A program made the translations under genes and the position numbers. Under the pieces are notes generated by a model. It worked only from the letters and a program-made list of their open reading frames with translations. It was not told the origin of the DNA and searched no databases. A stretch of 64,000 nucleotides of DNA from the NCBI GenBank assembly GCA_021202555.1, contig JAJQCT010000029.1, positions 170 through 64,169 of the forward strand, read 5' to 3'. How positions within the stretch are numbered: the first letter of the stretch is position 1; every line of letters begins with the position of its first letter. The DNA comes from Clostridiales bacterium. GTDB lineage: Bacteria > Bacillota > Clostridia > Oscillospirales > CAG-272. This document shows positions 8,846-17,867 of the stretch, piece after piece.

Positions 8846-10272
8846 CTGTCAATAACAAAGAAAAAAACGCAGATGTCAAGGACAACAAGCGAGTGCCGAA
8901 GCGCATACTTTCGGGGCTTATGAATTCCCTTTCAGCCGGTGTCGTGCCGCGTTCCGGCGCGCCATATATCGCAATCGGACGCACGGACGAAATATCGGCG
9001 CTTCTCTCCGACCTTGACCGCACAGCAGGCGGCGAGGCGGCGATGAAGTTTTTGATAGGGCGATACGGCTCGGGCAAAAGCTTTCTGATACAGCTCATGA
9101 GGGGATACGCGCTTGAGCGCGGATTCGTCACAGCCGACTGCGACCTTTCGATAGAAAGGCGCCTTGCGGGGTCAAACGGGGGAGGTCTTGCGACTTACCG
9201 CGAGCTTATCAGGAATCTGGCGACAAAGGCATCTCCCGACGGCGGCGCGCTGACAGGCATTTTGTCGTCGTGGATATCCGACATCAAGTCAAGGCTTGTC
9301 ATGTCGGGGCTTGAGGTAGGCTCGGATGAATTCAACAAGCGCGTAAAGGCGGAAATTTTTTCCGTGCTTCACAAAATCGAAAACGATGTCGGCGGATTTG
9401 AAACCTCATACGTCATATCGACGTATTTTACCGCGTGCGAATGCGGCGACGAGGAGACAAAAAGCGCCTGCGTCAAATATCTTCGCGGCGAATTTTCATC
9501 AAGGCGCGACGCAAGAGCGTACCTGCCCGGCGTAAGCTCAATAATAACCGACGAAAACTGGTACGACAGAATAAGGCTTCTCGCGGGTCTTTTCGCCGAA
9601 ATAGGCTACAGCGGATTTGTCGTATTTATCGACGAGTGCGTGAACCTTTACAAAATCCCGAACAAGATAAGCCGCGAAAACAATTACGAGCGCATTCTCA
9701 CAATGTACAACAATACTCTTGAGGGCGGCGCCGCGCATCTCATGATTGTGATGGCGGGAACGCCTCAGTTTCTCGAGGACAGGCGGCGAGGACTTTTCAG
9801 CTATGAGGCGCTTCACAGCCGTCTTTCGGACGGCAAATTCGACACGGGCGAATACGTCAACATGATGGGTCCCGTCATAAGGCTGAAGCGGCTGTCAAAA
9901 AGCGAGCTTCTTGCGCTTGTTCTGCGCGTGACCGCGCTTCATTCGCAGTACTATAATTGGACGCCGAGAATTGCCGAGGACGATCCGGAGAAATTTGTCG
10001 CCGCGTGTCTTTCAATGGCGGGCGCGGAAATAATGGTGACGCCGCGGGAAATAATACGCGACTATATTCACGTTCTTAATATACTTTACCAGAATCCGAC
10101 CGCAGAATTTTCGGATATTGTAAAATCAAGCGTCACGCTCACTCCGGCGGGCGAGGACGACGAAAATATCGAGGCGGAGGCGGATGATGACAATGACGGC
10201 GGCACGGATGCCGCTCCCGAGGCGCGGCGCGACACGGGTCGCAATTTTAACCCCGAGGACATCATTCTCTGA
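8842..10272 (+). CDS. DUF2791/BrxD-family P-loop ATPase, Shango SngB-like
   Basis: SLSAGVVPRSG, Walker A GRYGSGKS, Walker B VVFIDE, RRGLFSYEAL.SRL. GTGA overlap with the upstream gene. Confidence 0.85.
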   Translation: MTVNNKEKNADVKDNKRVPKRILSGLMNSLSAGVVPRSGAPYIAIGRTDEISALLSDLDRTAGGEAAMKFLIGRYGSGKSFLIQLMRGYALERGFVTADCDLSIERRLAGSNGGGLATYRELIRNLATKASPDGGALTGILSSWISDIKSRLVMSGLEVGSDEFNKRVKAEIFSVLHKIENDVGGFETSYVISTYFTACECGDEETKSACVKYLRGEFSSRRDARAYLPGVSSIITDENWYDRIRLLAGLFAEIGYSGFVVFIDECVNLYKIPNKISRENNYERILTMYNNTLEGGAAHLMIVMAGTPQFLEDRRRGLFSYEALHSRLSDGKFDTGEYVNMMGPVIRLKRLSKSELLALVLRVTALHSQYYNWTPRIAEDDPEKFVAACLSMAGAEIMVTPREIIRDYIHVLNILYQNPTAEFSDIVKSSVTLTPAGEDDENIEAEADDDNDGGTDAAPEARRDTGRNFNPEDIIL

Positions 10273-10274
10273 CA

Positions 10275-12548
10275 ATGGGCGGCTCGGAGGAATACACGGC
10301 GAACGAGGTATTTGAGCTTTTCTCGCCGTTCATACAGGATTTTATATACAGTCACGGCTGGAGCGAGCTGCGCGAAATGCAGATTTCAGCCGCAAAGACG
10401 ATTTTCCGCACGGACAATGACCTGCTTTTGACATCGGGCACGGCATCTGGCAAGACGGAGGCGGCGCTTTTCCCCATTCTCTCGCAGTTTTACGAGGACC
10501 CGCCCACATCTGTCGGCGCGCTCTATATAGCGCCTCTCAAAAGCCTTATAAACGACCAATATCAGCGTGTCGGTGAGCTATTGTCCATGACGGGAATAAA
10601 CGTCACGTACTGGCACGGCGACGTGGCACAGTCGCATAAAGCAAAGCTTTTGAAAAAACCGTCGGGAATACTTCAGATTACGCCCGAATCGCTTGAGGCA
10701 ATGCTCATGAGGCGCTCGGCGGATCTGGTGCGCCTTTTCTGCGATCTGCGCTATATCATAATCGATGAAATCCACACGCTCACAGGCACAGACAGGGGAA
10801 ATCAGGTCATATGTCAGATTACACGCCTTTCGCGCATGATAGGACACAGCCCGCGCAGAATCGGGCTTTCTGCTACTGTCGGCAACGCTGTACTTGCGGC
10901 GGATTGGCTCACGGGAGGCGACGACAGAGAGTGTGACATTCCGACTGAAGCAAAGCGCCCCGTAAAATGGCGGCTCGGCGTTGAGCATTTTTATATTGCG
11001 AGTGAAAAAACGCTTCCTTCAGGCGTTCACGAGGTGAGAAAATCCCCTTCCCTCGGAGATATGGAGCCTGACGCCTCACAGCTTCCCGCATCAATCGACC
11101 CCGGATACGAATATATCTACGACTGCACAAAGGATATGCGCGCGCTCGTCTTTTCAAATTCGCGCGAGGAAACCGAATACGTCTGCGCGACGCTTCGACA
11201 AATAGCGAAAAACCGGCGTGAGGACGATGTTTTTTACATTCATCACGGCAATCTTTCGGCGTCAATCCGCGAGGAGGCGGAGGCAGTTCTGAAGGATGAG
11301 GAAAGGCGCGCCGTTTTGTGCGCGACGACAACAATGGAGCTTGGAATCGACATCAGCAGGCTCGAACGAATCGTGCAGAACGGCTCGCCTATTTCGGTAT
11401 CGAGCTTTTTGCAGCGTCTCGGGCGCTCGGGGCGCCGCGGTGAGCCGCCCGAAATGATGGTGGTGCTTCGCGAGGACAACCCGCCGCCGAATACCCCGCT
11501 GCCGCAGCTTATCCCGTGGGAGCTTCTGCGCGCAATAGCAATAATACAGCTTTATATCGAGGAGCGCTTCATCGAGCCGCCGCCGGTGCGCAAAATGCCA
11601 TTTTCGCTTCTCTTTCAGCAAACCCTTTCGATGCTTTATTCATCAGGCGAGCTGACGCCAAAGGAGCTTGCCGACCGCATTCTGTCACTGCCGCCGTTTG
11701 AATTTATCGGGCGCGAGGACTACAGAACGCTTCTTATCTCGATGATAAAGAACGATTTTATCGAAATGACGGACGAGGGGGGTCTTATCGTCGGAATAAA
11801 GGGCGAGAGACTTACGGCGGGATTCCGCTTTTATGCCGTATTCAAGGACGCGGAGGACTTCACCGTCAGATGCGAATCGGGCGAGGTCGGCACAATAACA
11901 AAAGCGCCGCCGATTGGCGAACGCTTTGCCCTTGCGGGAAGAGTATGGGAGGTAGAGGAGCTTGACATTCCGCATAAGCTCATTTACGTGAAGCCCGTCG
12001 GCGGAAAAATGGAAATCGCGTGGCCGGGCGAGCTTGGCGAAATTCACACGAAAATACTCGCGCGTATGTACCGCGTTTTAGCGGAGGATACGGTTTATCC
12101 CTACCTGAAGGATGGCGCCGCGGCGCGGCTCGATGCCGCGCGAAGCACGGCGAGAGCTACGGGAATGCTCGATTTTCCGCTCATTTCGCTCGGAGGTATG
12201 TCATACTGCTTTTTCCCGTGGCTCGGCACACGCTCATTCCGCACGCTGCGCCGATATATCTCGAAAAAGTCGGGTGAATACAAAATCTCGGGAATTGAGT
12301 ACGAGGGAAGCTGCTATATCACATTCAGAATGGAACGCGGCTCCGCTGAGGCGCTTTACCGCAACATAAAGACGGATTTCATCCGCGGCGTGGATCCCGC
12401 AGACCTTGTGGGGCAGAATGAAACGCCCGCGTTTGACAAATACGACGATTACGTCCCCTCGGAGCTTCTGCGAAAGGCTTATATCGCGGAAAAGCTCCGA
12501 ACGGACGAAATTAAAGAACGCGCCGAAAACGATTTTAAGATCATTTAG
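10275..12548 (+). CDS. Lhr-like DEAD/DEAH-box SF2 helicase, Shango SngC-like
   Basis: GTASGKTE, APLKSLINDQ, TPESLE, DEIH, LSAT, HHGNLS, ELGIDI, QRLGRSGRR. Confidence 0.9.
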   Translation: MGGSEEYTANEVFELFSPFIQDFIYSHGWSELREMQISAAKTIFRTDNDLLLTSGTASGKTEAALFPILSQFYEDPPTSVGALYIAPLKSLINDQYQRVGELLSMTGINVTYWHGDVAQSHKAKLLKKPSGILQITPESLEAMLMRRSADLVRLFCDLRYIIIDEIHTLTGTDRGNQVICQITRLSRMIGHSPRRIGLSATVGNAVLAADWLTGGDDRECDIPTEAKRPVKWRLGVEHFYIASEKTLPSGVHEVRKSPSLGDMEPDASQLPASIDPGYEYIYDCTKDMRALVFSNSREETEYVCATLRQIAKNRREDDVFYIHHGNLSASIREEAEAVLKDEERRAVLCATTTMELGIDISRLERIVQNGSPISVSSFLQRLGRSGRRGEPPEMMVVLREDNPPPNTPLPQLIPWELLRAIAIIQLYIEERFIEPPPVRKMPFSLLFQQTLSMLYSSGELTPKELADRILSLPPFEFIGREDYRTLLISMIKNDFIEMTDEGGLIVGIKGERLTAGFRFYAVFKDAEDFTVRCESGEVGTITKAPPIGERFALAGRVWEVEELDIPHKLIYVKPVGGKMEIAWPGELGEIHTKILARMYRVLAEDTVYPYLKDGAAARLDAARSTARATGMLDFPLISLGGMSYCFFPWLGTRSFRTLRRYISKKSGEYKISGIEYEGSCYITFRMERGSAEALYRNIKTDFIRGVDPADLVGQNETPAFDKYDDYVPSELLRKAYIAEKLRTDEIKERAENDFKII

Positions 12549-14061
12549 CAGAGAGGGATTTTACGGCAAGAGCAATATTTTTCACGGTGTCCCCCGAGGT
12601 CATGCCTATATCACCGACCTCATCCGACGCCATCTCTCCCGCGACCCCGCAGACATACGCGGCTGCGGCGACAGTTTTCGGCGTCATTTCACAGTATGAC
12701 ATAAGCCCCGCGAGCGCGCCCGAAAGCACGTCCCCGCTGCCAGCCGTCGCCATGCCTGCCGAGCCGCGATTGACAATGTAAGTCTCCTTGCCGTCGGTTA
12801 CAACAGTTCCCGTCCCCTTAAGGAGAACGATTACGCCTGTCTGTTTCGCAAATTCGACGGCACAGCCTACAGGATTTTCAAGCACACCCTTGACGGGGAT
12901 TCCCGAAAGGCGCGAAAACTCTGCCGGATGAGGCGTTATTGTTACTTTATTTCTTCTGAAGGAGAAAATTTCAAGACCGTAATCTGCGACAGCGTTCAGC
13001 CCGTCGGCATCGATTATAACCTGAAGCGACCGCGTTCCGAGCGTGTGAATGAGGATTTTGAAGTTGTCTTTTCCCTGCCCCCATCCCATTCCGAGGGCAA
13101 CCGAGGACGCCTTTGAAAGCGCCGCGTCGAACAGAGGCGGGCTGTATACCATATGTCCGTCCCTGTCGGGAATGGGGAAAAGCGTGCTTTCGAGCAGATA
13201 CGGCGACACGGAGTTGACAATCGATTCGGGAACGCACAGTCTCGATATTCCACAGCCCATGCGCAGCGCGGAGGAGGAGAGATTCGCGAGCTTTGCCGCG
13301 CCCGAATATTCGCGGCAGCCGCCGATTATAACGGATGTGCCGTATGTTCCCTTATGGGAATTATGGGGACGCTTTGCGAATATGTCGTGAAAATCATCCT
13401 CATCGGGAGCGCAAACGCACGCGCCGTCGGGAGATATTCCAATATCGGCAAGCGTCAGCTCACCTATAAGGTCGCGAGCGCCGCCGAGAAAATGACCGTA
13501 CTTATAAATTCCCACAGCGACTGTAATATCAGACCTCACTGCCGACATATATTCGCCGGAATCCGATTCAAGCCCGCTGTTGATGTCGGCGCTTATGACA
13601 AAAGCGCCCGATTCGTTTATCCTGTCGATAGCGACAGCGGCATACGACTGCGGCAAGCCATGAAATCCCACGCCGAATATGCAGTCGAATATTATGCCGA
13701 AGCCCCGCAAATCGGTGTTCTCGTCAACCTTCGTAAATTCGGCGCCCGCCGACCTTGCGCGTTCAAAATAATATTCTCCGTCGGCGCTCTTTTTATCAGT
13801 CGTCGTAAATACGCGGCACGGCGTGCCGCCCTTTGCGAGAAGCTCCGCGACGGCGTACCCGTCGCCTCCGTTTCCGCCGCCGCCAGCAACTACGGCTACG
13901 GCGTCGGATTTGCTTTTGCCTGTGCGTTCGAGCACCGACAAATACGTCTCGTAAAGCGCCGCACCCGCGCGTCCCATAAGCGTCTGAGTTCCGCCCTCAA
14001 TCCTGTTTGCCGCTGAAGTATCGCATTTTCTCATTTCATCCGCGGACACAAGTGTTTTCAT
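12541..14061 (-). CDS. nnr: Bifunctional NAD(P)H-hydrate epimerase/dehydratase
   Basis: GGGGNGGDG (YjeF_N), HKGTYG, IDADGLN, TPHPAEF, ATAGSGDVLSG. Confidence 0.93.
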   Translation of the reverse strand: MKTLVSADEMRKCDTSAANRIEGGTQTLMGRAGAALYETYLSVLERTGKSKSDAVAVVAGGGGNGGDGYAVAELLAKGGTPCRVFTTTDKKSADGEYYFERARSAGAEFTKVDENTDLRGFGIIFDCIFGVGFHGLPQSYAAVAIDRINESGAFVISADINSGLESDSGEYMSAVRSDITVAVGIYKYGHFLGGARDLIGELTLADIGISPDGACVCAPDEDDFHDIFAKRPHNSHKGTYGTSVIIGGCREYSGAAKLANLSSSALRMGCGISRLCVPESIVNSVSPYLLESTLFPIPDRDGHMVYSPPLFDAALSKASSVALGMGWGQGKDNFKILIHTLGTRSLQVIIDADGLNAVADYGLEIFSFRRNKVTITPHPAEFSRLSGIPVKGVLENPVGCAVEFAKQTGVIVLLKGTGTVVTDGKETYIVNRGSAGMATAGSGDVLSGALAGLMSYCEMTPKTVAAAAYVCGVAGEMASDEVGDIGMTSGDTVKNIALAVKSLSAK

Positions 14062-14161
14062 ATGATGTCTCCTTTAACAAAATTTTTGAAATCAGCTTAT
14101 TAAAGCCTGAAAGTTTATCTTCACTATACAATAGCGCGCTAAAATATAATGTGTCACCTAT

Positions 14162-14383
14162 TGAGCGCTGTACCGTGAATATTGCGCTGCGCGCAATATT
14201 CATCTAACTTGAACGACAAGGCTGTGCCTTGTTGTTCAATGTTATTATATCATAAAAATGAGCGCTGTACCGCAAATATTCGATACGAATCTATGATTCG
14301 TATCGAATATTTGACAGACTTGATAAATGGGCTATGCCCATTTATCAATGTCTTATTATATCATAAAATGCGTCCGGGTTCAA
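14162..14383. repeat. Two tandem units of a promoter plus double-hairpin repeat
   Basis: TGAGCGCTGTACCG at 14162 and 14259. Hairpins at 14176-14202, 14209-14239, 14273-14313 and 14320-14348. Each unit ends TG(TC)TTATTATATCATAAAA. Confidence 0.9.
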
Positions 14384-14406
14384 ATCCGGAATAATATGCG
14401 AAAGGT

Positions 14407-15021
14407 ATGCCGTCAATGAAAAAATACACGAAGGTCACCTCAAAATCAAAGCTTATCGCACTCGTTCCCGCAGAGCGAGAGAGCGATATTCCCGAGGCGG
14501 GTACAAAGGTTCCCGCCGACGGCTTTGTCATGTCAGACGATATTCCGCGAAGCTGGGCGGTGTGCGGCGAGGATTCCCTCTGCGTCGCCTTCGCGAGGGT
14601 TGAGGTATCGAAAAGCGACCGTCGCGATGTCACTGTCGAATACACTATTTACGACGGATACGAGGGGTGCGGGTATGCCGCGGATATTCTCTCGACCTTA
14701 TCGGAAATTATCTTTTCGGAGAGCGGAAAATACACGATTTACTCCCCGGTCGACGCGGAAAACGAGGCGTCTGTAATCGCGCATGAGTCATGCGGATTTT
14801 ACGCGAAGGAGGGGGAGGAACACGACGGCGTGATTTTATACGTTCGCGAGCGTCCCGCATCAGCTTATACGCCGACACTGATGTGCCTCGGAATAGCCGT
14901 CGGAATGGCTGCGGGGCTTGCGGTCGGTCATATGTCTTACGGAATGTGCGTCGGCATGATTCTGGGCGCCGTCGGCGGCGTCATACTTGACGGACGTGAG
15001 CGAAAGAGACGGAAGAAATAA
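14407..15021 (+). CDS. RimJ/RimL-type GNAT acetyltransferase with C-terminal glycine-zipper membrane segment
   Basis: YEGCGYAA and ENEASVIAHESCGF GNAT motifs; C-terminal LGIAVGMAAG...GMCVGMILGAVGG. Confidence 0.7.
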   Translation: MPSMKKYTKVTSKSKLIALVPAERESDIPEAGTKVPADGFVMSDDIPRSWAVCGEDSLCVAFARVEVSKSDRRDVTVEYTIYDGYEGCGYAADILSTLSEIIFSESGKYTIYSPVDAENEASVIAHESCGFYAKEGEEHDGVILYVRERPASAYTPTLMCLGIAVGMAAGLAVGHMSYGMCVGMILGAVGGVILDGRERKRRKK

Positions 15022-15042
15022 CTTTTTTGAAGGGAGCGGACA

Positions 15043-17502
15043 ATGACGCCCGAGTTTACTTTTAATAATGACGCCGTGAATATCACGGTGCGCTCGCTCG
15101 TCGATTTTTTGTGCCGCTCGGGCGACATCGGCGGGGTCTCCTTCGGCGTGACGCCGAGGGAGGGGGAGCTTGCGCACAAGCGCCGTGAGGACGATTCCGG
15201 GCGCGCGCTGACGGAATACCCGCTTTCGCTTGACCTGACCGTCGGCAGCACGCCGTTTCATCTGACGGGTCGCGCAGACGTAATCATCCCCTCCGAAAGT
15301 GAAGGCGAGCCTGATATAATCGAGGAAATCAAGACGGTTTCCTCATCGTTTTACGGAGGCACCGCGGATATCCCCGCAGGGCATATAGCGCAGGCGGTAA
15401 TTTACGCCTATATGTGGTGCGCCGAAAAGGGAAAAAAACGAGCGGTCGTCCGCATATCGTATGTGCCGAAATCAATCGGTCGGGAGCGCAGGTTTGAGTG
15501 CCTTTTTTCATACGGCGAGCTTCGCGCCGAGTCCGTCGGGATTTTACAGGATTTTTTGCCTTGGGTTTCATATTTTCGTGAAAGAGAACTGCTTTCGGAG
15601 CGCATAAAAAAGCTTCGGTTTCCCTACGGTCGCGCGAGGGAGGGGCAGGTTGATTTCATGGAAGCCGTAATGCGCGCCGCGCGCAGAAGGTCGCGCGTCA
15701 TGATTGAGGCGCCGACGGGAATAGGCAAGACCATGGCGGCGCTTTTCCCCGCCGTCAAAAGCGTCGGGGCGGGATATACCGACAGAATATTTTATCTGAC
15801 CGCAAAGGGCTCAAACGCCTATACGGCGGAGGGTGCATCGGCGGAGCTTATATCGCGGGCAGACGGACTTCTGGGAATTACGCTCGTATCGCGCGACAAG
15901 CTTTGCATTATGTCAAAGGACATTCGGCTCGAGGGTGTCACAGGATGTCCCGGAGCCGAGGTCTGCGCCCGCGCAAAGGGGCATTATGAGCGCGTGAACG
16001 CAGCTCTCATGTCACTTGTTTTCGGGCAGCACGCGCACATTACGCCCGAGGTAATAAAGGACGCGGCAAAAAAGCACAGCGTCTGCCCATACGAGCTTGC
16101 GCTTGAGGTTTCGGATTTCGCGGACATCATTATCTGCGATTACAATTACGTATTTGACGCGACATCATCGCTTAGGCGATTTTTCGCGCAGGGCGATGAA
16201 AACACGCACAAGGGCGAGCGATATATGCTTCTTTGCGACGAGGCTCACAATCTCGCGTCGCGCGCACGGGATATGTTTTCGGCGTCGCTCACCTCGCCGA
16301 AAATAAAGGCGCTTTTATCGCTGACCGACAAAGACGGTGAGCTTTACGACGATGAGCTTCATGAAAAGCTTGATTTCCTTTTGAACAAGATGTCGGATAT
16401 AAAAGTACTCTGCTCCGATAACGCCCGTCTCGCAGACGGGGGCGTTCGTCACGGATATTATAAGTCGGGCGAGCCCTTTTTGGACGCGGCGGCGGCGGCA
16501 GCAAATGCGGCTGCCTCGGCAAGAACGCTTCTTTACCGTTCGAGGACTGCAAACGCCAAATTCCGCGCCGCACTGTCGGAATTTGTATTTTCGGCAGGCG
16601 ATTTTTCGGACAGTTCCGAACGGTTTGACAGGCGTTATGTTGCGTTTGCGGAGCTTCGCGGCGAGGAGATAAAGCTCTCGCACATCTGCCTTGACGCATC
16701 AATCGCGCTGTCAGAGACATTTTCGCGATTTTCATCGTCCGTTCTCTTTTCGGCAACGCTTGAACCGCCCGATTATTTCGCTCGCGTGCTTGGTTTAGGC
16801 AGCGAATGCGATACGCTCAAGCTTCCCTCTCCGTATGATGAGGAAAATCTCGAAATTATCATCGCCGACAAGGTAAGCACACGATTTGCCGACAGAAACG
16901 CGAGCGCAGATACAATCGCAGAGCTTGTATTCGCGGTCGCCGAGGCTCACACGGGAAATTATATATGCTATTTGCCGTCATATAAGTATCTTTCGCTTCT
17001 GCGCGACAAATTTGGAAAGCTTTACGGCGGCAAGGAGATCGATGTGACTGCTGAGGAGCGGACGGCTGGCGGATTTGACAGAAAATCGTTTCTTTCGGGA
17101 TTTGTGCCGTCTCCCGAGCGCTCGCACGTCGGATTCTGCGTTCTCGGCGGCGTTTTTTCGGAGGGAGTTGACCTTTCGGGAGACAGGCTTTCCGGCGTTA
17201 TCATCGTCGGCGTCGGTCTGCCCGGTATTTCATCGGAGCTTAATCTTTTGTCGGATTATTACGACGGGATATGCGAGAGAGGTCATGAATTTGCCTACAT
17301 TTTCCCCGGGATGAACCGCGTGCTTCAGGCGGCGGGGCGCGTAATCCGCAGCGAAAATGACAGGGGAATTGTACTGCTCATTGACGACAGATTCGCGTCG
17401 CCGCAGTATATATCGATGCTGCCGCCGCGAAAAAAAAGACCGTATCTCATCGGCAATACGTCGGGTCTATACCGTGTTCTGCATGATTTTTGGGAAAAAT
17501 AA
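15043..17502 (+). CDS. DinG/XPD-family Fe-S helicase with N-terminal PD-(D/E)XK nuclease domain
   Basis: GRAD...IEEIKT...HIAQAVIYAY (nuclease); APTGIGKT, CPYE, DYNY, DEAHNL, FSATL, SEGVD, QAAGRVIRSEND (helicase). Confidence 0.9.
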   Translation: MTPEFTFNNDAVNITVRSLVDFLCRSGDIGGVSFGVTPREGELAHKRREDDSGRALTEYPLSLDLTVGSTPFHLTGRADVIIPSESEGEPDIIEEIKTVSSSFYGGTADIPAGHIAQAVIYAYMWCAEKGKKRAVVRISYVPKSIGRERRFECLFSYGELRAESVGILQDFLPWVSYFRERELLSERIKKLRFPYGRAREGQVDFMEAVMRAARRRSRVMIEAPTGIGKTMAALFPAVKSVGAGYTDRIFYLTAKGSNAYTAEGASAELISRADGLLGITLVSRDKLCIMSKDIRLEGVTGCPGAEVCARAKGHYERVNAALMSLVFGQHAHITPEVIKDAAKKHSVCPYELALEVSDFADIIICDYNYVFDATSSLRRFFAQGDENTHKGERYMLLCDEAHNLASRARDMFSASLTSPKIKALLSLTDKDGELYDDELHEKLDFLLNKMSDIKVLCSDNARLADGGVRHGYYKSGEPFLDAAAAAANAAASARTLLYRSRTANAKFRAALSEFVFSAGDFSDSSERFDRRYVAFAELRGEEIKLSHICLDASIALSETFSRFSSSVLFSATLEPPDYFARVLGLGSECDTLKLPSPYDEENLEIIIADKVSTRFADRNASADTIAELVFAVAEAHTGNYICYLPSYKYLSLLRDKFGKLYGGKEIDVTAEERTAGGFDRKSFLSGFVPSPERSHVGFCVLGGVFSEGVDLSGDRLSGVIIVGVGLPGISSELNLLSDYYDGICERGHEFAYIFPGMNRVLQAAGRVIRSENDRGIVLLIDDRFASPQYISMLPPRKKRPYLIGNTSGLYRVLHDFWEK

Positions 17503-17529
17503 AATCCCCGAATATGAGTTCGGGGATTT
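17501..17529. terminator. Bidirectional terminator hairpin
   Basis: AAATCCCCGAA-TATGAG-TTCGGGGATTT between convergent genes. Confidence 0.7.
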
Positions 17530-17555
17530 GTTCTATTCGGGCTTCAAAAGGGCAT

Positions 17556-17768
17556 TCATATTTTTGCCCGTTCCTCCATCGCTTCCTCAAGTGTTATATC
17601 GTCGGAAATGCAGCCGAAAAGCGATTTCATTGCTTCGACGCGATCCTGATTGTTGTTTACAAGCTTGACGCTTACCTTTCCGTTTTGGGAAATAAATATA
17701 TCTTCCGTTTCCGCAAGAACAAGGTATTTGCCCAAATTCATCTTTAATTCGGCAGCTGTAACGGTCAT
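17556..17768 (-). CDS. Phd/YefM-family antitoxin (orphan)
   Basis: MTVTAAELKMNLGKYLVLAETEDIFISQNGKVSVKL is a typical Phd N-terminus. Own TTGACA-17-TATAAT promoter at about 17827-17799 (minus). Confidence 0.85.
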   Translation of the reverse strand: MTVTAAELKMNLGKYLVLAETEDIFISQNGKVSVKLVNNNQDRVEAMKSLFGCISDDITLEEAMEERAKI

Positions 17769-17867
17769 ATAATCACTACCTTACATCGTTATGATAATAT
17801 TATACCCGAATCAAGCAAAATTGTCAACCGGCACAAACAAAATATACAGTCGCGGCAAATCCGAGCA

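Noticed and set aside
8842-12548. BREX type 2 system (BrxD + helicase)
   Set aside because: No pglZ, pglX, pglY/brxC or pglW. The TerB-ATPase-helicase order fits Shango better.
14162-14383. CRISPR or TIGR-type guide array
   Set aside because: The variable segments are their own reverse complements rather than foreign-looking spacers. There are only two tandem units and no cas or Nop-domain gene nearby.
14373-14390. tRNA fragment (GGGTTCAAATCC looks like a T-loop)
   Set aside because: No D, anticodon or acceptor arms. It coincides with the minus-strand -35 TTGAAC and a small TCCGG/CCGGA hairpin.
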